DNA of 64,000 nucleotides from Thermoplasmata archaeon (GCA_030037875.1 JASHPV010000007.1:10041-74040); one strand, 5' to 3'. Positions 27,309-36,968 are shown, counted from the first letter of the stretch. Notes: a model not told the origin generated them from the letters alone. Numbers and translations are program-made.

Positions 27309-28193
27309 ATGGACCGAGAGACCTATCGCCGGTACTACGACCTTCTGCGGACTCCAGAGGACGTCGACCGCCTGGCGACCGCGGACCACGTCGACCGGGA
27401 GCTGCTCTTCATCATCCACACACAACGCGTTTCTCGCGACGCGACCCGGCGGTTCTACGTCGTGAAGCGCCAGATGCCCCGGCTGGTCGGCCAGTGGCGC
27501 CACGGAAAACGGATACTCGAGCTCGCCCGCGAGCTCGATTTCCCTCCCGTGCTGTTAGGGCAGATGGTCCTCCGCGAGCTCCAGCTTCCTCGGAAACAGG
27601 TCTGGGGTTGTTTTTTGGACCCCGCCTCCGCGCCCACCGTACGGCTTCAATCGGAAGTGCGCGAGCTCCTGGCGAACGACCTCGTCTACTCGCCCCAAGG
27701 CATGGAGCTGCAGCGCGAGCGGGGCCGGATCGGAGAGGCACGTCTCTACGGGTGGCTTGACAAGCACAGCATCCCGTACAAGACCGAGAAGGACCTGCGC
27801 GGCAAGTACCCGAAGACGCCGGACGCGCTTCTCGAGCAGCCTATCATATTCTACGGCCAGAAGCTCCAGTGGATCGAATCGAAGGCAAACTTCGGGGACG
27901 ACGTCGAGCTACGAAAGAATCTCCGGCGCCAGCTCGGTCCGTATACGGAACTCTTCGGCGAGGGCGCGGTGGTCTACTGGCACGGATTCGTCGACGGAGC
28001 CGAGAGTCCTCCCGGGATCCTCCTCTGGGATGCCACGACGATCGAGGGGCTCACGCCGGAGGTAGAACCTCGTCGGGTCGCAGCTCACGTTGCGCACCCG
28101 ACGTTAGGTCACGCTCGAGGACCACACCCCGAGCGGACTCCTGAGGTCCGACGATCAGCGCCCGGCGAGCCCGCCGGCGCGCGGCCTCCCTGA
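27309..28193 (+). CDS. TPD-domain protein (CDIN1/C15orf41-like: HTH plus PD-(D/E)XK nuclease fold)
   Basis: Literal KTPDALLEQPIIFYGQKLQWIESKANFG contains the TPD motif and an ExK element. 3' end (last ~45 aa, low complexity) overlaps convergent hisS and may be over-called. Confidence 0.5.
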   Translation: MDRETYRRYYDLLRTPEDVDRLATADHVDRELLFIIHTQRVSRDATRRFYVVKRQMPRLVGQWRHGKRILELARELDFPPVLLGQMVLRELQLPRKQVWGCFLDPASAPTVRLQSEVRELLANDLVYSPQGMELQRERGRIGEARLYGWLDKHSIPYKTEKDLRGKYPKTPDALLEQPIIFYGQKLQWIESKANFGDDVELRKNLRRQLGPYTELFGEGAVVYWHGFVDGAESPPGILLWDATTIEGLTPEVEPRRVAAHVAHPTLGHARGPHPERTPEVRRSAPGEPAGARPP

Positions 28194-29352
28194 GCTGCCG
28201 CGACATCGACCGCCCCATCAGGTCGGAGTCGGCACCGATGCCGGCGACCCGGAGGCGTTGGACCCACACTGCGGCTTCCGAAGCGAACTCCGGCGTCGCG
28301 GCGATCACGTACGTGTCGAGGGCCGGCTCGCCCTCGGGCCAGCGACCCGCGCTTCGCAGCAGCAACTCGAGCGTTTGGTCGCCGATTGCCAATCCGCAGG
28401 CCGGTGTGGGCGGCCCCCCGAACAGCTCGATCAGATGGTCGTAACGGCCGCCGCCGAACAGCGCGCGGGAGTCTCCTTTCTTCGCGTAGCACTCGAAGAC
28501 CGTCGACGTGTAGTAGGCCAAGCCCCGGACGACGGTGGGGTCGAAGATGACTCGGTCGCCCAGGCCGAGCTTCTCGATGCGTGTGAAAAGGGCGCGCAGC
28601 CTCGCCAGGCCGTCGGGACCCGGTGTCGGCAATGGCGGCTCGGTCCATCGCGAGAAGAAGGCCGTCGCATCGGCGGCCGGGACCCCGGAGCCCGCCGCTG
28701 AGAGGGTCTCGGAGAGCGCCGCTACCCCCTCGGGTCCGACCCCGGACCGCTGGAGGTCGGCGACAAACTCCCGCTCGGTCACCTTCGACCGCCGGTCGAG
28801 CGCATGGAAAAAGAGGAGAAGGTCACGGGCACCGGCCGCTAAACCAATCGCTTCCGCCAGTTGCCGGTCATTGACTCGGAAGGCGTACAAACCCTGGGCG
28901 CCCGCCTCATCGAGTGCCAAGGCCGAGGTCGCTAGGACCTCCACATCGGCTTCGATACCGGGCACCCCCAGGATGTCGAAATTCACCTGGGAGAACTCGC
29001 GGGTCCGGCCGGCTTGGGGTTCCTCGTATCGCCACAGCTTCGAGAACGTCACCCACTTGACCGGAAGGGGCTCTGACTTGGCTCGTTCCGCGAATACGCG
29101 GGCCAAGCCGGGCGTGGTCTCCGGGATGAGCGCGACCTCGCGCCCGCCCTTGTCATCAAAAGCCCAGACCTGCTCTTCGATGTCGCCGCCGCTCTTCACA
29201 CGGAACATGTCGAGGCTCTCGACGCTCGGGGTCTCGAGTTCCTGGAACCCACATCGGTGCGCGACCTGACGCATTCGGCGCCACAGCTCGGCGCGTGCCG
29301 CCGCGTCGGGCGGAGGGTAGTCCCGGAATCCTCTCAGAGTGGAGAAAGGCAC
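28051..29352 (-). CDS. hisS: Histidine--tRNA ligase
   Basis: Class II motifs RGFRDY and GGGRYD. Chosen start is GTG 29352, giving MPFSTLRGFRDY... with an ATAAATAT TATA box 22-29 nt upstream. ORF track start 29496 adds a spurious R-rich extension. Confidence 0.9.
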   Translation of the reverse strand: MPFSTLRGFRDYPPPDAAARAELWRRMRQVAHRCGFQELETPSVESLDMFRVKSGGDIEEQVWAFDDKGGREVALIPETTPGLARVFAERAKSEPLPVKWVTFSKLWRYEEPQAGRTREFSQVNFDILGVPGIEADVEVLATSALALDEAGAQGLYAFRVNDRQLAEAIGLAAGARDLLLFFHALDRRSKVTEREFVADLQRSGVGPEGVAALSETLSAAGSGVPAADATAFFSRWTEPPLPTPGPDGLARLRALFTRIEKLGLGDRVIFDPTVVRGLAYYTSTVFECYAKKGDSRALFGGGRYDHLIELFGGPPTPACGLAIGDQTLELLLRSAGRWPEGEPALDTYVIAATPEFASEAAVWVQRLRVAGIGADSDLMGRSMSRQLREAARRRARRALIVGPQESARGVVLERDLTSGAQRELRPDEVLPPA

Positions 29353-29373
29353 GCTCGATAGGAGCGGCCCCGT

Positions 29374-29381
29374 GATATTTA
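29374..29381 (-). promoter_or_regulatory. TATA box (ATAAATAT on minus strand) for hisS
   Basis: Plus strand reads atatttat. Lies 22-29 nt upstream of the proposed GTG start. Confidence 0.35.
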
Positions 29382-29422
29382 TGGCTCGGGGCGCCCGGCC
29401 CCGAGAACCTGCTCGGTCCCGT

Positions 29423-30490
29423 TTAGGCGCTGACCGTTGCCGAAAGCGCCGAGACCGCCGCGCGAAGTCGCCGATAGGAAGTGACCGCCGCGCCAAGGTT
29501 CCGGCGACGTATCAACGCCGCCAGTTGTCGCAGCTCCCGGACGACTGGCTCGATCTCGAGGTCCGTCGAGGGACGTCCGCGAAGTTGCGCGCGGATCGAT
29601 TGCAGGCTCGAATTCAGCTGAGGGACCAGGAGGCCCCACAGCGCTCGATTCGCTCCCGCCAGGACGTGTTCGGCCCGGTCCGCGTCGCCCCCGCGGGCGA
29701 GCCGGCGACCTTCGGCGAGGGGACCGAGGGCCGGCCCCGGGTCCTGGCCGAGCTCGCGCAAGGTTTGGATCATCAGGTCGGCTTCGGTGGTCAGGATCTG
29801 GCAGGTCGCCCAGCGATCTTCGAGGGCGGAGAGTCCATCGGACGCCTGACGGAGCCGGCGAACCGTGCCCGACAGGTCCCCCGTGCCGAACGCCACGCGC
29901 GCACTGTTGAGCTCGGCATCGATCGAGGCAGTGGGGACGAGCGCCGCCAGTTCATTGCGACGTCCCGATTGTATCTCCAGATCTTCCGCCACCGACGCAG
30001 CGACCTGAACGAACAGAGACCGCCGGAGCTCATCGAGCGCGGCCTGGTCTTCCGCTTTCAAGGCCTCGAGCATGCGCCGGTCCGAGTCCTTGAGGTCGAC
30101 TCCTTCCCGTCGTCCGACCTGGAGGAGTTCCTCGACTTGGCGCTGGGCGAGTGCCAGTCCCGACCCGGGAGCCAGTACGGGCAGACTCGGAAGCGCCGGG
30201 CTCGGTGTGGCGGGGGGCGTTAGCGCCCGAGCCGCAGAAAGAGCGGGAAACTGGGCCTGTACCGTCACCATGGCTTCCAGTCCGGTCTCGGAAGGTACCG
30301 GTTCGGATGGTTCCGGTTCGGGTCCCACGACGGCCAGGATCTCCGCGATCGCGCGTGCGTACTCCGAATTGTCCACCGTGGTGCCCGCGGCCTCTCGCAC
30401 CGGCTCGAACAAGCTGGTCGAGAGCTGACAGGATTTGCAGTTCGAGGCGTCGGGCGGGTTGTCTTCGCCGCAGACCGGGCACTGGACCAT
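29423..30490 (-). CDS. Hypothetical protein: N-terminal zinc ribbon plus long alpha-helical/coiled-coil body
   Basis: Internal ATG 30490 (MVQCPVCGEDNPPDASNCKSCQ) of ORF 29423..30814, then a Pro-rich linker and ~250 aa of helical heptad-like sequence. Confidence 0.45.
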   Translation of the reverse strand: MVQCPVCGEDNPPDASNCKSCQLSTSLFEPVREAAGTTVDNSEYARAIAEILAVVGPEPEPSEPVPSETGLEAMVTVQAQFPALSAARALTPPATPSPALPSLPVLAPGSGLALAQRQVEELLQVGRREGVDLKDSDRRMLEALKAEDQAALDELRRSLFVQVAASVAEDLEIQSGRRNELAALVPTASIDAELNSARVAFGTGDLSGTVRRLRQASDGLSALEDRWATCQILTTEADLMIQTLRELGQDPGPALGPLAEGRRLARGGDADRAEHVLAGANRALWGLLVPQLNSSLQSIRAQLRGRPSTDLEIEPVVRELRQLAALIRRRNLGAAVTSYRRLRAAVSALSATVSA

Positions 30491-30551
30491 CTTCCGCGCT
30501 TCCCCTTGGCCCGAGCGAGCGTTCCTAGCCCAGAAGGTCCCTCTCGGCCTC

Positions 30552-31910
30552 TTAACCCATCTGGCTTGATAGAAGGCCAGGTTCCGGACCGCGGGGAGCG
30601 AGGTGTCGACGGGCCGACGGCGTAGGGTGGTACCGGCCCAACGGGAACTCCGGGGGGACGCGACGAAGCCTCCGGATTTCCGGAGGGGCCCGGTGCCGGC
30701 ACCGGGAACAACGGAACCCCCGGCCCACGCCAAGGGACCCCATGCGATGCCCACACCCCGGGCAGCGAGGATTCTCCCGCGCGATGAAACGCGGCCGCAA
30801 CGAGAGGAGGTCAACCCCCTCGATCCGGAATACGGAGTCTTCTTGGGACCCGCCCCACAGCCGGACCCGATCGCCCGGGAGAAGGCTTCCGACGACCCGG
30901 GGAAGGGTCTTCGTCGGCTCGAAGACGGCGCACCGCACCCGAGGTCCAGAATCCAGCTGAAGCGGGAAGAACACGTGACCGCCCCGACGGGCCACGGGGC
31001 GCTCGGCCAACCGACCCGAGACGGTGCCGGCCGTGAACGGGACGGCGGGAACCGGCCAAGGTTGTCGCACGTGGTCCCCCGTCCCCTGGTTGGTTCGGAA
31101 CAGAAGCCAACGCTCGATCGGCTCAGAACGGATCTCCTGCACGGCTGCGATGGCGGCCGCCGGCTCCGTCGCCCGGACGCCGAACAGGATCGGGCAGGCG
31201 GTGTGGGGGGTAATGAGGAGGCGCCGGGTCCGCGGGTCGAGGCACAAGAACAGCTCCGGGTGGCGCCTTACTGTCACATCCACCGAGCCACGGTCTACAT
31301 TCCGGGCGGTTCCCCAGCGCATCGGATCTCGATAGGCGATGGCTTCCCACGTGGGGTGGCCGCCCGGCCAAGCGAGCGCCGCGGCCGCCCCGATCTGGCC
31401 GACGCCCGAAGGGGTCGAGCGAACGATGGGATCGGTCCCGACGAGCCATCGCTGGACCTCGTCCATCGTGACGATACGTCGGACCGCTTCCCAATAGAGT
31501 TCCGAGGGGGGTTTACGCCGGAGCACGAGGAGGGCGGGGTCCGTCCCGGGGTCTGAGCCCGCCGACGTCGACTGGACCGTGGTCCACAGTCGGTCCGCGA
31601 GTTCGAGCCGTTCGGGCTCCGTGAGGTCTCGCGCCGAGGGGTAACTGCGGGCCGGCCCGTTCGGAAGCGACCCCACGGCCGTGGGAGTTCCTCGACCATG
31701 GCCGAACCGCGCTACCAACGCCGCGTTGCCCCGAGTCTTGGTGGGAACGTTGGGGTTCAATCGGACGAGGCGAGGCTCCCCAATGAGGTCGAACCCGAGG
31801 GCGTTCGCCGCCCGGAGCACCTCCGTCAGAGTGTAGGTCGTGCAGCCTCGTTGGGGGCTATCCGTGTCGTCTACTCCGACCCAGACGACGGTCCCACCCC
31901 CGCCTCTCCC
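30552..31910 (-). CDS. tiaS: tRNA(Ile2) 2-agmatinylcytidine synthetase TiaS (start codon unresolved)
   Basis: GEPRLVRLNPNVPTKTRGNAA and C-terminal Zn ribbon CPGCGH...CSRC. The conserved N-terminal VWVGVDDTDSPQRGCTTY is encoded in frame upstream of the track's GTG (31820), back to a TAA at 31911..13. Confidence 0.8.
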   Translation of the reverse strand, partial: GRGGGGTVVWVGVDDTDSPQRGCTTYTLTEVLRAANALGFDLIGEPRLVRLNPNVPTKTRGNAALVARFGHGRGTPTAVGSLPNGPARSYPSARDLTEPERLELADRLWTTVQSTSAGSDPGTDPALLVLRRKPPSELYWEAVRRIVTMDEVQRWLVGTDPIVRSTPSGVGQIGAAAALAWPGGHPTWEAIAYRDPMRWGTARNVDRGSVDVTVRRHPELFLCLDPRTRRLLITPHTACPILFGVRATEPAAAIAAVQEIRSEPIERWLLFRTNQGTGDHVRQPWPVPAVPFTAGTVSGRLAERPVARRGGHVFFPLQLDSGPRVRCAVFEPTKTLPRVVGSLLPGDRVRLWGGSQEDSVFRIEGVDLLSLRPRFIARENPRCPGCGHRMGSLGVGRGFRCSRCRHRAPPEIRRLRRVPPEFPLGRYHPTPSARRHLAPRGPEPGLLSSQMG

Positions 31911-32839
31911 TTAGAGGAGCTCTCCGAGGGCGGAGTGGCGCTCTTCCGCCGTCGGCGCCGCCACCGGCGGACCACAAGGCCCACCCCGACGCCCGCGGCG
32001 ACCACAATCGCGCTTACGATCAGCGCGTCGCCGGTGGGGAACGAGGGGCCGAACTTGATCACGATGGTGTGCCCGGGGAGCGGGATGTACTGACCCGATG
32101 CAGAGGCTGATCCCCACCCGAACGGGTCGTTCGAGACCGACGTGGCGTTCAGGCCGGTGACCGATGTGATCGTGATAGCCGCCGGCGTCACGAATGAGAC
32201 GTTCACCGGGCTGACGGGCACGCTGAGGTTTCCCAGGATCGCGGGAAGGTTCCACGCGACCTGAAACGTATGGGCGTTCCCCACTCCGCTCCAACTGAAC
32301 ACGACCGCCAAGGTGGCCGTCACGCCGATCGGCGCCGACGAGTCGTCGGCGCCGAGGGCGTTGCTGAACGAGACACCCTGCAGCTGGTCCGAGACGGGGA
32401 CATTCCCGTCCATCGTGACGTTGAGCACTCCGGTGATCGTGCTCACGGGAATCAGCTTCGCCTCGCTGTCGATCAGAGCCACGAAGCGTTGAACGTCCAC
32501 GGTGTTCACCCGACCGTCGCGGTCGCCGAACAATCCGGCGAAGAGCGGATTGCTCTCGGTGGCGTTGATCTCGGCAAGAATGGCGGCCCTCGACGCGTTC
32601 GTCCCCGGGAACAACGCGACCAGCGGCCCGAAGTAGCCGTCCATGGCGTACCGTAGCGCCGAGCCGTTCGCGACAACGGTCTCGAGTCCGGCGGAGATCG
32701 TGCCGTCGCTGCTCAACGTGAGGTGGATGCCGGACGCTGGAGCGCTTCCGCTCGTCGCGGGCAGTCCCGCCCCGAGCCCAAGGGCGGCTACCGCGAGGAC
32801 CAGCAGCAGTCTCGATCCGTGTCGAGGACGTCCGAGCAT
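31871..32839 (-). CDS. Secreted surface protein: Sec signal peptide, sequon-rich domain, C-terminal TM anchor with Arg-rich tail
   Basis: Internal ATG 32839 (MLGRPRHGSRLLLVLAVAALGLGAGLPATSG). Sequons NGS, NAS, NAT, NVT, NLS, NVS. C-terminal IVSAIVVAAGVGVGLVVRRWRRRRRK. Confidence 0.55.
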   Translation of the reverse strand: MLGRPRHGSRLLLVLAVAALGLGAGLPATSGSAPASGIHLTLSSDGTISAGLETVVANGSALRYAMDGYFGPLVALFPGTNASRAAILAEINATESNPLFAGLFGDRDGRVNTVDVQRFVALIDSEAKLIPVSTITGVLNVTMDGNVPVSDQLQGVSFSNALGADDSSAPIGVTATLAVVFSWSGVGNAHTFQVAWNLPAILGNLSVPVSPVNVSFVTPAAITITSVTGLNATSVSNDPFGWGSASASGQYIPLPGHTIVIKFGPSFPTGDALIVSAIVVAAGVGVGLVVRRWRRRRRKSATPPSESSSKGEAGVGPSSGSE

Positions 32840-32864
32840 GGCTCGGCTCCAACCTAGGCGACCC

Positions 32865-33740
32865 CTACCCGGCGGTCGCGAGCAGCTTCTGGTAGGCCGG
32901 GAGGTTGTGCTCCAGAGCGATATCGGCCCGGGCCGGGCCGACCATGTCGGGGAGGAGCTTGAGCTCGAGCGGATTGCTCGCGGCATCGGACGGCTTGCCG
33001 GGTCGGTGCATGACCCCGACGGGGATCTTTCCCGCGTTCATCGTTTCGGTGCAGAGCCGGAACACGGCGGACCGGTCGGTCGGATCGTAGCCGGGCAACT
33101 TCTCGATGTTGACGATCTTCTCGCGCCACTCCTTGAACGTGTCGTTGTACGTGACGCAGGGAGAAAGATCCTCGACGAACGCGTAGCCCCGGTGGTCCCG
33201 GTTGAACTGGAGCGCCTCCGACAGGACCGCTGTCATCGTCTTTGGGTCTCCCGAGAAGGTCCGGGCGACGAAGGCGCCGGTGGGGATCGAAAGCGCGGTG
33301 AGGATGGCGTCGAACGGAACCTCGATGTTCCCTTCGAACCCGAGGCGGGACGTCGGCGAGGCTTGGCCCTTCGTGAGCCCATACGTCTCGTTGTTCATCA
33401 CGATGTACAGGATCGAGGCGTTCTTCTTGAACGCGTGCATGAAGTGGCCCATCCCGATCGCGTACCCGTCGCCATCGCCTCCGGCCGCGATCACGGTCAG
33501 CTGGGGGTTCGACAGCTTGAGGCCGATGGCTTGGGCCAGCAGGCGACCGTGGAGCGCGTGCACTCCGTTGACGTCGATGAAATTGTGGATCCCTCCCGAG
33601 CAGCCAATCCCGCCGACGAGCACGGCTTCGTGGGGGGGAATCTTCAGGTCGACGAGGGCTTTCTTGGCGGCCGCGAGGACGCCAAAGTCCCCGCAACCGG
33701 GACACCAGGTGTTGGCCGTCGGTTTAGCGCTTTGTACCAT
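32865..33740 (-). CDS. korB: 2-oxoacid:ferredoxin oxidoreductase beta subunit (TPP-binding)
   Basis: Internal ATG 33740 (MVQSAKPTANTWCPGCGDFG). TPP motif GDGDGYAIG. Overlaps the alpha-subunit stop. Confidence 0.9.
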   Translation of the reverse strand: MVQSAKPTANTWCPGCGDFGVLAAAKKALVDLKIPPHEAVLVGGIGCSGGIHNFIDVNGVHALHGRLLAQAIGLKLSNPQLTVIAAGGDGDGYAIGMGHFMHAFKKNASILYIVMNNETYGLTKGQASPTSRLGFEGNIEVPFDAILTALSIPTGAFVARTFSGDPKTMTAVLSEALQFNRDHRGYAFVEDLSPCVTYNDTFKEWREKIVNIEKLPGYDPTDRSAVFRLCTETMNAGKIPVGVMHRPGKPSDAASNPLELKLLPDMVGPARADIALEHNLPAYQKLLATAG

Positions 33741-35574
33741 GGACTGCCTCCCGAATGGGACCGGCGATGTCGGGCGCGCGGAATGAGAACCCGTCGTACT
33801 TGAGGATCGACCGCAACTTCGCGTGATACCGGGGCATCTCCTCCCGGAGAAGACGGGCGAGCTGCCCGGTGTAGTTGTGCTCCACGACAAAGGCCAGGTC
33901 GACGGAGTCGAAGAACGGCCCGAGGGATTCCTCCTGCACGGGGAAAAGGGTCCGGGCCTGGAGGTACTTCGTCACGATACCTTCGGCGTCGAGCACGTCC
34001 ATGGCCTCGAGGATAGGTCCGCTCGTGCTGCCGTAACCGATGAGCCCGATCCGGGCCTCCTTGTGTCCAAAGTAGCGCGGACGCGGGAGCTCATCGCGGG
34101 CCTGGATGAGCTTGCCCATGCGCTTCTCCATCATCTTGTTCCGATTCACCGGGTTCACCGAGACGTGCCCCCACTCGTCGTGCTCGTTTCCGGTGATCTG
34201 GGACGTCACCCCGGGGGTCCCGACAGGAGCGAACGGAGAAATGCCGGTGGGGCTGAATGCGTAGTACTTGTATTCCGCTTGCTTCGCGACCTGGTCGGCG
34301 GTCAAGAGGCTGGGACGTTCTACCTTGACCTTGGACAGGTCGAACGCCGGCACCGTCGATGCGTTCTGGCAGAGCGCCTGGTCGAGCAGCAGAAGGACCG
34401 GCAATCGCCATTTTTCGGCTAGGTTGAGCGCGTCGACGGTCATGTAGAAGCAATCCTCGGCGGAGCCGGGGGAGAGGATGAACTTCGGAAACTCGCCGTG
34501 ACCCAGGTGGGCCAGATGAGCGAGGTCCGATTGTTCGTGCCGGGTCGGTTGCCCGGTGGAGGGTCCGACGCGCTGGCAGTCCGCGACCAGAATGCCGAGC
34601 TCCGCCGTACCGGCGTGACCGATTCCCTCGGTCATGAGCGAGAGACCCGGTCCGCTCGTGGAGGTCATCGCCCGGGTCCCGGTCGTGGCCGCCCCGATCA
34701 CCATGTTGATGGAAGCGAGCTCATCCTCGCCCTGGCGCACGACTCCGTGATAGGCGGGCAGGTACCGCATCAGATACTCCATGATCTCCGTCGCGGGAGT
34801 GATCGGGTATCCGGCGAAGAACCGGCCACCTCCGACCACGAAACCGAGGGCCGTCGCCTGGTTTCCTGTGGTGAGGATCAGATCGTGCGCGTCGCCTTCC
34901 GCCAAGGACCACCGATTCACGGCGGCCGGTACCGCCAGTGCCGCCTGGCGTCCGAGCTCGAGTGCCTTGAGGTTCTTGTCGAGGGCTTCCGGCCCGCGCC
35001 GTTTGAACCGCTCCTCGATCACCTGACGGACGACGGCATCGTCGAACCCCATGAGAACGGCGATCGCCCCGTACGCGGCGGTGTTCTTGTAGATCGGTTG
35101 CCCGAGCTGCCCCCCGACCAGGGTGGCGAAGGGGAAGCCCAGCGAATTAGGGTAGTCGGCCTTGAAGGATGTTGAGTCGTACAGCACGAGCGCGCCCGGG
35201 TCGAGGTCCGCGCGGACCACGTCAATCGCTTCCTGGTCGAACGCGAGCAGCAGGTCGGCCTTCGCCTTGATCGCGGCCCGCGAATCACGGCATGCCCGCA
35301 CGGACGCGTCCGCGTGACCCCCTCGAATCCGAGATAGCGTGTTCCGGGAGGTGTACACGTAGAGCCCGCGCTTGCGGAAGTACCGGCCCAGCAGGTCCAC
35401 GACGGTGAGAGTTCCGTCCCCGCCTTGGCCCCCGACGATCACCGAGACGTCCGAGATTTCCTGGGGCGTCCGTCGCTGAGCCGGTACGGCCTCGACGGCT
35501 TGAGAAGGCGTCTGAGTGGCAGGAGTTGTCATCGTGAATTCCGGTTCGGTACTACTTTGGGCAACCGATGTCAA
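33724..35574 (-). CDS. korA: 2-oxoacid:ferredoxin oxidoreductase alpha subunit (fused gamma-alpha type)
   Basis: N-terminal gamma-like GGQGGDGTLT, then the alpha domain (616 aa). Matches the two-subunit OFOR architecture. Confidence 0.9.
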   Translation of the reverse strand: MTSVAQSSTEPEFTMTTPATQTPSQAVEAVPAQRRTPQEISDVSVIVGGQGGDGTLTVVDLLGRYFRKRGLYVYTSRNTLSRIRGGHADASVRACRDSRAAIKAKADLLLAFDQEAIDVVRADLDPGALVLYDSTSFKADYPNSLGFPFATLVGGQLGQPIYKNTAAYGAIAVLMGFDDAVVRQVIEERFKRRGPEALDKNLKALELGRQAALAVPAAVNRWSLAEGDAHDLILTTGNQATALGFVVGGGRFFAGYPITPATEIMEYLMRYLPAYHGVVRQGEDELASINMVIGAATTGTRAMTSTSGPGLSLMTEGIGHAGTAELGILVADCQRVGPSTGQPTRHEQSDLAHLAHLGHGEFPKFILSPGSAEDCFYMTVDALNLAEKWRLPVLLLLDQALCQNASTVPAFDLSKVKVERPSLLTADQVAKQAEYKYYAFSPTGISPFAPVGTPGVTSQITGNEHDEWGHVSVNPVNRNKMMEKRMGKLIQARDELPRPRYFGHKEARIGLIGYGSTSGPILEAMDVLDAEGIVTKYLQARTLFPVQEESLGPFFDSVDLAFVVEHNYTGQLARLLREEMPRYHAKLRSILKYDGFSFRAPDIAGPIREAVHGTKR

Positions 35575-35590
35575 TTCGAGGGAGCGCGCG

Positions 35591-35597
35591 TATTTAA
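35591..35597 (-). promoter_or_regulatory. TATA box (TTAAATA on minus strand) for korAB
   Basis: Plus strand reads tatttaa, ~17-23 nt upstream of the korA ATG. Confidence 0.3.
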
Positions 35598-35735
35598 CAA
35601 TGGTCTAACCGACGGGTCGCCGAGGGGAAATCGGGCCCCGGAACCGTCGTGAGAGCCCGCGAAAACGCTGTACGTTAGCGTACAAACATTCCCCGCCTGA
35701 AAGGTTATGTCGCATCGGCCGCTCGCTAGTTGCCG

Positions 35736-36968
35736 ATGGCGGACGAGGGCCTCGTCGAGAACTTCCACGAGCACACCGCCACCCGACGGCACTTCGCGGA
35801 GCCGATCGTCTTCTGGGACGAAACGCTCCGGGACGGGGAACAGACCCCGGGTGTCCACTTTTCTCCGGAGGAGAAACTCCGGATCGCGGAGGTACTCTCG
35901 GAGATGGGCATCTCCGTCATCAACGCCGGCATTCCGGTGGTTTCGGAAGAGGAGGCCGAGGCGGTCCGGCGCGTGGCGGCGGCCGGCCTAGCGGCCGATA
36001 TACTGGCCGCTGCTCGAACGGTTCCTGCCGACATCGATGCCGTCATCCGCTCGGGAGCGACTCACATCGCCATCTTCGTCGCGGCGAGCAACGTCCATCT
36101 CAAATTCAAACTCAAGATGTCGCAGGACCAGGTTCTCTCGGCGGCGACTCGCTCCGTGCGCCAGGCGAAGGACGCCGGGCTCCACGTTGCGTTCGTGACC
36201 GAAGATACCGTGCGCGCGCCGTTCGACTTCGTCGAGAAGCTCTATCTCGCGGTCAAAGCGGAAGGCGCCGACCGCCTCGTGGTCGCCGACACGGTCGGCA
36301 TCATGACTCCCCTCACGTTCGCGTGGTACCTCCGGGAGTTCCTGCGCCGGATCGGTCCGGCCGACTGGTCCGTGCACTGCCACAACGATTTCGGCATGGC
36401 GACCGCGAACACGTTGACCGCCCTCGAGCTCGGCGCGACGAGCCCCCACGTCTGCGTGAACGGACTCGGAGAGAGGGCCGGTAACACTCCGCTGGAGGAA
36501 CTCGCCTTGTCTCTGGAGAGACTCTACGGCGTACGGACGGGACTCGACCTGTCTCGGCTGTACGAGCTGTCCCGGTTGGTGGAGGAAATCTCTGGAGTAC
36601 CGGTGTCACCGACGAAGGCCGTCGTCGGTTACAACGCCTTTTCTCACGAGGCGGGTATTCACACCCACGGAATCCTCGCCCACACGCTCACGTACGAGCC
36701 GGTCCAACCCGAGATTGTGGGCCGCCAGCGCCGGATGATCCTCGGCAAACACACGGGGAAAGCGGCGCTCGTGGAAAAGCTCAAGGAAAGGGGGATGGAC
36801 CTCCCGGACCCCGTGCTCGTGGACCTCCTGCAGCGGCTCAAAGCGACCACCGAGCAACGGTCGAAGGAGGATCTCGAACTTTTCCTGGTGGAGTATCGTT
36901 CCTTGTTTGAGCAACCGGGAATGTCGGATAAGGAGTTCTGGAAGCTCGTGCGGGAGATGGGTCTGTGA
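35736..36968 (+). CDS. leuA: 2-isopropylmalate synthase / (R)-citramalate synthase family, short form lacking the C-terminal regulatory domain
   Basis: DRE-TIM motifs LRDGEQ and HCHNDFG. ~410 aa. ATG 35736; track start 35730 is TTG. Confidence 0.85.
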   Translation: MADEGLVENFHEHTATRRHFAEPIVFWDETLRDGEQTPGVHFSPEEKLRIAEVLSEMGISVINAGIPVVSEEEAEAVRRVAAAGLAADILAAARTVPADIDAVIRSGATHIAIFVAASNVHLKFKLKMSQDQVLSAATRSVRQAKDAGLHVAFVTEDTVRAPFDFVEKLYLAVKAEGADRLVVADTVGIMTPLTFAWYLREFLRRIGPADWSVHCHNDFGMATANTLTALELGATSPHVCVNGLGERAGNTPLEELALSLERLYGVRTGLDLSRLYELSRLVEEISGVPVSPTKAVVGYNAFSHEAGIHTHGILAHTLTYEPVQPEIVGRQRRMILGKHTGKAALVEKLKERGMDLPDPVLVDLLQRLKATTEQRSKEDLELFLVEYRSLFEQPGMSDKEFWKLVREMGL

